From: Bacteroidota bacterium
GTDB taxonomy: Bacteria; Bacteroidota; Bacteroidia; Bacteroidales; NBLH01
Direction of reading: 5' to 3'
DNA length: 57,984 bases
Assembly (NCBI GenBank): GCA_039714415.1
Contig: JBDLJL010000006.1
Location: 1-57,984, forward strand
Translations under genes and position numbers: made by a program
In this document: positions 50,307 to 57,984 of the stretch, in pieces
Numbering within the stretch: the stretch's first letter is position 1
Layout: each line of letters begins with the position of its first letter
The notes under the pieces: generated by a model
Database searches by the model: none
What the model saw: the letters and a program-made list of their open reading frames with translations, nothing else
What the model was told of the DNA's origin: nothing

Positions 50307-52259
50307 ATGGAAAAAAACATTAATAATAATCAATGGTCATTATATAACCTGCAGGAAGAGTACGTTCTTTTAAAACGTATTTTTTTGTTGATGGTGTTGT
50401 TTTCAATTTCAAGGTTGGGGTTTTATTTATTTAATGCAGAATATTATACTGATTTAAATTTGCTACGCACTTTAAAAATTTTTGGCGGAGGACTCAAGTT
50501 TGATATTTCAGCCATCATGTTCATTAATGTTTTATATGTATTATTATTTCTGCTTCCTTTTCCATTTCGTTACAAAAAAATTTACAAGAATATCTTAAAA
50601 TACTTGTTTTTCATATCAAATGGAATTGCTTTGGTTGCCAATACCATTGATTTTTTCCTTTTTGATTTTATTCTGAAACGCAGTACCACAGATGTTTTCA
50701 TGTTTGCCAAAGAAGGGAATATTCTTACTCTATTGGGATTGTTTTTTATTGATTACTGGTATGGAATAGTATTTTGGCTTGCACAGATAATCTTAATGAT
50801 TTTCTTTTATAACAAAACAGATATCCGCAAACCTCAAAACATTAATAAAAAGCGTTATTATTTAAGTGGAGTAGCCTGGCTGTTGATTAGCCTGTATTTT
50901 TCCATTATTGCCATGCGTGGCGGATTTACTGGTACTACGAGACCAATTACCCTTGGAAATGCTGGAAAATACACCGAGAAACCACTTGAAATGGCCATCG
51001 TTTTAAATACACCGTTTACCATAATCCGTACACTTGATAAAAAGCCTTTAAAAGTAAAAAAATATTTTTCGGATAAAGAATTAGCAAATATTTATAACCC
51101 TGTTCATAAAAGCAAGCCGAAAGGGAAATTTAAAAACTTAAATGTTGTTGTTTTTATTATTGAAAGCATGGCCAAGGAATATACCGGCGCTTTAAATAAA
51201 GATTTGGATAGTGGTCAATATCAAGGATATACTCCGTTTTTAGACTCTTTAATGCATCAAAGCAAGACCTTTACACGTGCATTTGCCAATGGAAGGAAAT
51301 CAATTGATGCATTGCCATCTGTTACTGCAAGTATCCCTTCAATGGTTAATCCATATGTAACATCAAAATATGCTACCAATAGAATAAACAGCATGGCAAG
51401 TTTGCTTAGGGAAAAAGGATACGAAACAGCTTTTTTTCATGGTGCACCAAATGGTTCAATGGGTTTTGAGTCGTTTATGAAAGTGGCCGGATATAATAAG
51501 TATTTTGGCATGACAGAATATGGGAATGATGATGATTATGATGGTGCCTGGGGAATTTGGGACGAGGAATTTTTTCAATTTTATGCCGATGAATTAAATA
51601 AAATGCAGGAACCTTTTCATACAACTATATTCTCTTTGTCATCTCATCATCCTTTTAAGGTTCCAGAAAGATATGAAGGAAAATTTCGAGAAGGCACACT
51701 TGGCTTTCATATACCTATGCAGTACACTGACATGGCTTTAAAAAAGTTTTTTGCCAAAGTGTCTAAAATGCCTTGGTTTAAAAATACGGTTTTTGTAATA
51801 ACCGCCGACCATTCTAACCATGCCTGGCATAACGAATATAAAACAAGTATCGGTGATTTTTCCGTTCCAATAATATTATTTCAGGCCGGTAACGATAGTC
51901 TTAAAGGTTTTGATTCTACCATTGTGCAACAAATGGACATTATGCCAACAGTTTTAAATTTATTAAACTATGATAAAGACTATGTTTCATTTGGTACAGA
52001 TGTTATGGATAGTACGGCTAATCACTTTTCAGTGAACTATAACAACAGTACATACCAAATAATTAAAGGAGATTATGTATTGCAATTTAGAGATGACCAT
52101 GTGATTGCCATTTATGATTATATTAACGATAGGCTTTTACGGGAAAATTTAATAGGTAAATTACCAGAGATAGAGGCTGACATGAGAAACCTGATCAAAG
52201 CATTTATTCAACAGTATAATTATAGAATGATAAATAATGAATTGAGTATTAGAAATTAA
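50307..52259 (+). CDS. LTA synthase/phosphoglycerol transferase family (sulfatase-fold) membrane protein
   Basis: Five N-terminal TM, MRGG, NVVVFIIES, YTPFLDSL, SSHHPF, ITADH and QMDIMPT. Confidence 0.9.
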   Translation: MEKNINNNQWSLYNLQEEYVLLKRIFLLMVLFSISRLGFYLFNAEYYTDLNLLRTLKIFGGGLKFDISAIMFINVLYVLLFLLPFPFRYKKIYKNILKYLFFISNGIALVANTIDFFLFDFILKRSTTDVFMFAKEGNILTLLGLFFIDYWYGIVFWLAQIILMIFFYNKTDIRKPQNINKKRYYLSGVAWLLISLYFSIIAMRGGFTGTTRPITLGNAGKYTEKPLEMAIVLNTPFTIIRTLDKKPLKVKKYFSDKELANIYNPVHKSKPKGKFKNLNVVVFIIESMAKEYTGALNKDLDSGQYQGYTPFLDSLMHQSKTFTRAFANGRKSIDALPSVTASIPSMVNPYVTSKYATNRINSMASLLREKGYETAFFHGAPNGSMGFESFMKVAGYNKYFGMTEYGNDDDYDGAWGIWDEEFFQFYADELNKMQEPFHTTIFSLSSHHPFKVPERYEGKFREGTLGFHIPMQYTDMALKKFFAKVSKMPWFKNTVFVITADHSNHAWHNEYKTSIGDFSVPIILFQAGNDSLKGFDSTIVQQMDIMPTVLNLLNYDKDYVSFGTDVMDSTANHFSVNYNNSTYQIIKGDYVLQFRDDHVIAIYDYINDRLLRENLIGKLPEIEADMRNLIKAFIQQYNYRMINNELSIRN

Positions 52260-52320
52260 ATATTCTTACTTAAAATAAACAGATTGACATCAAGAAATGA
52301 TATAGCATTTTTTAAACGTT

Positions 52321-52398
52321 TTACGGGTTACGGGTTTCAAGTTACGGGCTGTTTTTATGTGCTGTTCAACCTGCAACTCGAGACATTAAACTCGCGAC
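52321..52398. repeat. Inverted pair of heptamer tandem tracts
   Basis: TTACGGG-TTACGGG-TTTCAAG-TTACGGG faces CCTGCAA-CTCGAGA-CATTAAA-CTCGCGA. Confidence 0.65.
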
Positions 52399-52450
52399 AA
52401 AATACTTATTCAATAAAGACAACTTAGAATCTAAACAAACAAATGAATGA

Positions 52451-53176
52451 ATGATTAGTAATAAAAAACTATCAATAATTATTCCCGCATATAATGAAGA
52501 GGAAACCATTAAACTGATACTTGATAAGGTAAATGAAGTAGAACTTATTGATTTTATTGACAAAGAGCTAATAATTGTTAATGATTGCTCTACTGATGGT
52601 ACTGATAAGGCTGTTTTGGATTATATAACCAGCCATAAAGAACTAAGTATCAAATATTTTACACATAAAAAAAATCAGGGAAAAGGTGCTGCTATACATA
52701 CAGGAATTAAGGAAGCTACTGGTGATTATTTAATTATTCAGGATGCAGACCTGGAATATGACCCAAATGAATATAATGATTTGTTAAAACCTATAATAAC
52801 AGGGTTTGCAGATGTAGTTTACGGATCACGCTTCATGGGAAGCAACCCTCACCGAATTTTATTTTTTTGGCATTCAATTGGTAATAAATTCCTAACATTT
52901 TTATCAAACATGTTCACTAACCTGAACCTGACAGATATGGAGAGTTGTTATAAGCTTTTCAGGTCTGATGTTATTAAGAATATTAAACTAAAAGAAAAAA
53001 AATTCGGTTTTGAACCGGAAGTTACTGCCAAGATAGCCAGAATACCAAAAATCAAAATTTATGAAGTAGGTATTTCGTATTATGGCAGAACTTATGAAGA
53101 AGGAAAGAAAATTAATTGGAAAGATGGTGTTCGGGCAATATATTGCATTATCAAGTATAATGTATTCAAGAGGTAA
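52451..53176 (+). CDS. GT2 glycosyltransferase (polyprenol-phosphate glycosyltransferase-like)
   Basis: [35 protein letters not shown] and FGFEPEVT. Confidence 0.93.
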   Translation: MISNKKLSIIIPAYNEEETIKLILDKVNEVELIDFIDKELIIVNDCSTDGTDKAVLDYITSHKELSIKYFTHKKNQGKGAAIHTGIKEATGDYLIIQDADLEYDPNEYNDLLKPIITGFADVVYGSRFMGSNPHRILFFWHSIGNKFLTFLSNMFTNLNLTDMESCYKLFRSDVIKNIKLKEKKFGFEPEVTAKIARIPKIKIYEVGISYYGRTYEEGKKINWKDGVRAIYCIIKYNVFKR

Positions 53177-53266
53177 TAATTTATCTTCTTCTTTTGCTTT
53201 ATTAATCGCATAAATAATTTAAAGATAAAGTAGAATGTTTAAGTTATTTATAATAATTTATTTTGT

Positions 53267-53283
53267 TTGGCACTCAAATTGCC
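53267..53283 (+). promoter_or_regulatory. Sigma-54 (-24/-12) promoter candidate
   Basis: TTGGCACTCAAATTGCC has GG-N10-GC spacing and matches TGGCAC-N5-TTGC. Confidence 0.65.
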
Positions 53284-53342
53284 TCTAATATCGTTTATAG
53301 CAAAGCATGACAATTTTTTAACTTAGTAATGCTATTTTTTAT

Positions 53343-53903
53343 ATGTTTGTTTCTGATTTTATCCCGTTTATGCAACTAAAAAGACTTGCTTTCATTTCAT
53401 TTTTGTTTTTATTAGCATGTGGACTTTATGCCCAGGAACCACTAAGAGGACCAAACGTATATGTTTCGCCCAGAATAAATATTGGATATACTTTCGGTGC
53501 GGGTATAACCTATGGTTTTGATGTTGTTGTGGGTGCCTACAGTACAAAAAATTTCAACTTTGGTTTAGCATATTCACATTATTTTGTAAATGTTCCAAAG
53601 GATTTTCACCGATTTAAAACAATTAGCTTAGTAATAGAAAATTCGATGTTCAATGCAAAATTTGGTGCTGGTATGGTTTCCAGAAAATGGGGCCTTAGAA
53701 ATGTAAACACAGCTAAGGTCCATGGAATGAGTATTGATATCTCTGCCGGAGTTGATGAATATCATGCACCGTGGGTTGGCGTAAAAAGCTTTATCCAAAA
53801 CAGAAAACGCTGGACCTTTTTCGACTATCCATCCTACATTTCCATTTATACCTACTTTAAAACCCCAGAAATTGAAATTTACGACCAGAGGATGCCTTTG
53901 TAG
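53343..53903 (+). CDS. Exported beta-strand-rich protein of unknown function (small beta-barrel-like)
   Basis: Signal peptide ending LYA-Q (true start may be ATG 53370); alternating aromatic/Gly strands. Confidence 0.65.
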   Translation: MFVSDFIPFMQLKRLAFISFLFLLACGLYAQEPLRGPNVYVSPRINIGYTFGAGITYGFDVVVGAYSTKNFNFGLAYSHYFVNVPKDFHRFKTISLVIENSMFNAKFGAGMVSRKWGLRNVNTAKVHGMSIDISAGVDEYHAPWVGVKSFIQNRKRWTFFDYPSYISIYTYFKTPEIEIYDQRMPL

Positions 53904-54049
53904 AATATAAGGGGTGCAATGTAATTTACATTAATAGAAATGTTATTTTTGAAATAAGTTTCTTTTTTTTTTTAACGATACAACTTGCTTTATAATAGGG
54001 TTGCTCCACAAAAACATTATTCCTCCATCTAATCTTTTACATTTTTTAC

Positions 54050-55117
54050 TTACAGCGATTCATACTGAGTTTTCAAATAAGCCAGATATTCCCTGAAATT
54101 TGAGTGGAATTCATTATTAAATTGCTTTGACAGTTCATCCTGATCTTTATGATAAGTTATATAGCCAACAAAAAAAGCATTGTTTGGTAAATTTTCAGGG
54201 GTTTTCAATTTAGAAAAATCACGTGCTTCATAAAACTGAACAGTATCTATATCATTTACAATCTTTGTTATAAGATTTTTCTTCATTTGCTGTTTATCCT
54301 CAATGCTTTCATTGGAAAAACCTTTATACAAACTATCCAATAAATTAGCACCTTTAAGCACATGTTCTGAAAATTTCTCAATATCAGACAATTCGCCTAA
54401 ATAGTCCTGATATTGTTTTGAGTTGGCACCGTATTTATCAGTCAAATACTGTTTAGCTCCCTGGGTACCTACAAAAGTGGCAAGGTTTTCATTAAACTGG
54501 GAATTACCCTTCACATACAAAGTAGAATGGGTTAACTCGTGAATAATGAGCCGGGCAATCATTCCTTCAGGCTGGTTCAACATTTCGGAAAGTATCGGGT
54601 CTTTAAAAAAACCAAGTGTTGACCAGGCACTTACGGTTCCTATCCGGGCATCATACCCTTCTTCTTTCATTTTTTTGCCTTCTTTAACTGCTTTTTCATG
54701 ATCAAAGTAGCCTTTATATGGTACTTTACCTAAAAAAGGGAATTTCCACTCATAAGTTTCCATTTTAAATTTTTGTGCGGCCACCACAACCCATAAAATA
54801 TCCTTACCCTCTTGATCGTATAATGTATTATAATTTTTTGAAGGGTTTAAGCCTAAGGTCTCTTCGGCATATTTCTTTATTTTTGCAACTAACACCAATT
54901 TCTGCCTCAACGAATCACTTGTTAAAGGATCATTGAGTATTACTTCAATAGGTTCTGCATTACGTAAAATCCGTATTTGCCCTGCACCTTGCTGAATACC
55001 ATATATCATCAATTTACAATTACTTAAAACAAGGGTTAACAGAAGAATCGTGATAATAGAAATCACTTTATATACTATTTTCATAGCTTTCCATTTGTTG
55101 AAAATTTCACGCCACAT
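54050..55117 (-). CDS. Putative zinc aminopeptidase (HExxH)
   Basis: W.FPFLG.VPYKGYF, AWSTLGFFKDP, LIIHELTH and FNENLATFVG. Confidence 0.85.
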   Translation of the reverse strand: MWREIFNKWKAMKIVYKVISIITILLLTLVLSNCKLMIYGIQQGAGQIRILRNAEPIEVILNDPLTSDSLRQKLVLVAKIKKYAEETLGLNPSKNYNTLYDQEGKDILWVVVAAQKFKMETYEWKFPFLGKVPYKGYFDHEKAVKEGKKMKEEGYDARIGTVSAWSTLGFFKDPILSEMLNQPEGMIARLIIHELTHSTLYVKGNSQFNENLATFVGTQGAKQYLTDKYGANSKQYQDYLGELSDIEKFSEHVLKGANLLDSLYKGFSNESIEDKQQMKKNLITKIVNDIDTVQFYEARDFSKLKTPENLPNNAFFVGYITYHKDQDELSKQFNNEFHSNFREYLAYLKTQYESL

Positions 55118-55322
55118 TTTTTGCTTTGTATCCGGGGATAAATTTCTTTAATAATTGCAATGTAACAATAATATTGGTAATGGAAAGTAATTTTGTACTT
55201 GGTGGTTTATTTATTAGTTTTCTAATTACCCTGAACGAAAAAGCATTAAATTTCTATTTTCAATGACTTTTAGGGTTGGGGTCAAACAGATTTTTGATGA
55301 CGAACCCTTTTCCGTTCAAATA

Positions 55323-56906
55323 CTAATTATTAGACACTTTTTTTTGCTGTTCCAGTTTGAGCTTCAATTTATTAATAGCTTCCTGCCAATTATCATCCGG
55401 TTTAATGAAATTATAGTCTTCCCAAAAGGTATTATCATATTCCCTGACCTCATTTACAAAAATAGTATTCAGTTTATCTGTTTCTTTTCTTTTTGGTTTT
55501 TGAACATTTATCGTATCAATACTGCATACAGCCATTTCTAAACAAGTTTCAAAAGTAGTGGCAAATAATTTTCTTTTTTTCTTTACCCTAAATTTTAATT
55601 CCCCTTTTACATGCCTCAAATAATATTTACCATTAACTTCATGATAACTTATACGATAATTGGCATATTTAACCCTCAATCTTAAACCCCGTTCCTTTTT
55701 AACAATAAAACGTGAATGTGCTTTATTAATTTTTTCCGGATTAATACTAAATTCTGCACCAATTATAGCCAATTTGTCAATATCAACATATAACTGGCCT
55801 ACATACAAAGCGTCTTGAACAAATTCTTTTTGCTTAAATTCAATTACATATGCAGGATGATTATTATAGGTAATAATATCCACCATTTTATAATTATAAA
55901 GATGAAAATTATCTTCATCAATGAAATCAATTTTATTTTTAACAAGATCAAGAGATAATGAAGCTCCAAGCCCTGATTTCAGTCTCAACCGAACGGTATC
56001 TTTTTCAGACACATCATGAAAACTTCTTGATTTTAATACTTTTAACTGATCCATATCAAATGAATTAGTATAGGCAGCTTTATATACTTTCAAAACGGCT
56101 TCAGAAAAAAACATGAATTTATCTTTCTGCTTTACTGATTCCCGATAAAAAGTAGTCAGGGAGTTTGGTTTTGAACAGAAATTATTTTTTATATTCTTGT
56201 TTGACTCCCTGATAATGGATTTAGGATCAGTACTTCGTATAATTACTTCCTGAACAGAAATATAGTTACGTTGTAATTCAATCGTCTTGTTCAAACCGTA
56301 AAGCTTCTCCACCGGAATACATGTATTCAAATATCCGATGAAAGAAACACAGAGATTTGCATTTATTAGTTCTTTTGGGATTTTTAAAATAAATGATCCC
56401 TGTGCATTTGTTATGGAACCAACATTATGGTTTTCAATGCCAATTGCGGCATAAGCTAAACTTTGACCATTTTCTTTGTCAATGACTTTTCCATGTAGTT
56501 CAATAATATTTATGGTGGTATCATTAATTAAAACGGAATTTAAATCCTTAAGCTCCTTTTTATTAATTACGATATGATTGTCAATGATTTTATATTCCAG
56601 GTCCGGGTCATCAAAAATACGATCAAGACAATTCTTCAGTGGTTCATCTTTAAAAGAAATGCTAATTATCCTCTTAGCATCCAGGATTTTCCCATCGAAA
56701 GTGAAATAATAGTTAATTTTTTGGGTAATTTTTGAAAGGGCTTCATGAACAGCAATATTCTTTAGCTTAATAGAAATATTAGATTCAAGGATATTCTCTT
56801 GAGCAAAAATAGGATTAGGATGTAAAATACCAATTATAAGAACTACAATGGAAAGTGAGTAATAAAATAACGTGCTCTTTTTTCCCTTTTTGCACATCCT
56901 GCTCAA
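55323..56906 (-). CDS. Exported STN and carboxypeptidase-regulatory-like domain protein without a TonB barrel
   Basis: Signal peptide; STN-like HEALSKI...YFTFD; GKVIDKENGQSL...TNAQGSF...SFIGY; C-terminal FYRE...FWEDYNFI region; only 527 aa. Confidence 0.75.
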   Translation of the reverse strand: MSRMCKKGKKSTLFYYSLSIVVLIIGILHPNPIFAQENILESNISIKLKNIAVHEALSKITQKINYYFTFDGKILDAKRIISISFKDEPLKNCLDRIFDDPDLEYKIIDNHIVINKKELKDLNSVLINDTTINIIELHGKVIDKENGQSLAYAAIGIENHNVGSITNAQGSFILKIPKELINANLCVSFIGYLNTCIPVEKLYGLNKTIELQRNYISVQEVIIRSTDPKSIIRESNKNIKNNFCSKPNSLTTFYRESVKQKDKFMFFSEAVLKVYKAAYTNSFDMDQLKVLKSRSFHDVSEKDTVRLRLKSGLGASLSLDLVKNKIDFIDEDNFHLYNYKMVDIITYNNHPAYVIEFKQKEFVQDALYVGQLYVDIDKLAIIGAEFSINPEKINKAHSRFIVKKERGLRLRVKYANYRISYHEVNGKYYLRHVKGELKFRVKKKRKLFATTFETCLEMAVCSIDTINVQKPKRKETDKLNTIFVNEVREYDNTFWEDYNFIKPDDNWQEAINKLKLKLEQQKKVSNN

Positions 56907-56994
56907 ATTAAATTAGGGCTTCAACCATTTACCCTTGTATACAACTTAGATTAATTTATTATTTCACAATATAGCCAAAATATCTTTTAATAAT

Positions 56995-57846
56995 TTACTT
57001 CGCCTTCAATATAATAATGCTATCCTGCTCTAACATTTCCAGTTTATGAGATGTACAAAGTAATTTTAAGATTGTATCTAATGAATTATTATTATAAGTT
57101 GTATGATGCATTCTCTCAGAAAGTTCTTTATCAGCCAATTCAATACTTACTCCATAGGCCCTATTTATAGTAGCGATAACCTTTCCTAAGTTTTCACCCC
57201 TGCTAAAATCAAAATACTTTGTTTTCCAGGACATGTAATTGAGGTCATTGTTTTGTTTTGTTTCTGCTCTTTTATGAATTATTCCAATGGCACCAGGTTC
57301 CAGAATAAGTTCTTTTTTAGTATTTCCAGGTTCATAAAACTTTACCTTTCCTGTTTCCACAAATACTTCAACTTTTCCGCCCTCAAAATTAGTATTTACA
57401 TTAAACGAAGTACCCAAAACTTTGATTTCCTTATTTCTTGCTTTAATGATGAAAGGTTTTTGAGGATTCTTTTTTATAACAAAAAATGCCTCGCCTTCTA
57501 TTTCAACAATTCGTTCATCTGCGTTGAAGTTTTCTGGATAATATAGTTTTGATTTTTTATTTATATGTACTATAGAGCCATCAGAAAGTTCCATGACTTT
57601 TATGTTGTTTTCAGAAAATGTTTCCGCTAATTGCATTCCACTATGTTCGTTCACAATAAAATGATTATATGCTAAATAACTCACAAAAATTCCAACGATA
57701 AATATCGCAGCAATTTTTACAATCATTTTAAAATCAACACTTCTAATTTTATTGTTTGTTGCTAATAAACCATCCTGATCAAACCTGTTATTTAGTTTCA
57801 CCCAAGCAGCATCAACATTATATAATTCCTTTTCTTTTGTATTCAT
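56995..57846 (-). CDS. FecR-family anti-sigma factor
   Basis: Single TM, LSDGS.VHIN, R.VEIEGEAFF, VLGTSFNV and MSWK. Confidence 0.9.
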   Translation of the reverse strand: MNTKEKELYNVDAAWVKLNNRFDQDGLLATNNKIRSVDFKMIVKIAAIFIVGIFVSYLAYNHFIVNEHSGMQLAETFSENNIKVMELSDGSIVHINKKSKLYYPENFNADERIVEIEGEAFFVIKKNPQKPFIIKARNKEIKVLGTSFNVNTNFEGGKVEVFVETGKVKFYEPGNTKKELILEPGAIGIIHKRAETKQNNDLNYMSWKTKYFDFSRGENLGKVIATINRAYGVSIELADKELSERMHHTTYNNNSLDTILKLLCTSHKLEMLEQDSIIILKAK

Positions 57847-57924
57847 TTTCTTTTAACTTTCTAATTTTTGCTTTCTACTTTTTATCTTTCTACTTTTTAT
57901 CTTTTGTCTTGTGCACTATTGTCC

Positions 57925-57984
57925 TTAAACTACATCCACATATTGTTTTAAATTTTTTCGTAAATGTTTTAGTGCTCTACTTAT
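57925..57984 (-). CDS. 3' end of a probable ECF sigma factor (truncated by the window edge)
   Basis: Minus frame reads ISRALKHLRKNLKQYVDVV*, matching MSKALKALRKNL in the other ECF; lies upstream of a fecR gene. Confidence 0.75.
   Translation of the reverse strand: MSRALKHLRKNLKQYVDVV

Noticed and set aside
56915-56935. Third copy of the AGGGTAAA ECF motif
   Set aside because: Only the first block matches; GTGT and TGAAAGCAT are absent at the required spacing.

Overview
AT-rich chromosomal window from a Bacteroidota bacterium. The assignment rests on TTTG-N19-21-TAnnTTTG promoters, ECF/FecR/TonB modules, a GldM-like domain and amn-holA-HsdR_N synteny; an anaerobic Bacteroidales/Marinilabiliales-like origin is inference. 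It holds about 43 CDS and one tRNA-Lys(UUU). I found no transposase, integrase, CRISPR array or rRNA. Most genes are housekeeping or envelope genes. The most unusual signals are: (1) a dispersed ~127 bp structured element (151-277, 4815-4943, 29398-29524, fragment 7683-7709) whose junction motifs are conserved while its stems change sequence but keep pairing; (2) several other palindromic intergenic elements, often fused to stop codons; (3) a ClpB paralogue lacking the NBD1 pore-loop tyrosine and carrying a MinD-like amphipathic C-terminal tail; (4) a gamma-glutamylcyclotransferase, two non-DPGN NRAMP-fold paralogues and an Npt/HEAT/cNMP transporter in one co-oriented cluster; (5) a 40 bp motif shared by fecR and an unknown lipoprotein gene, suggesting a small ECF regulon. 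All product calls come from motif recognition by eye; no database searches were run.
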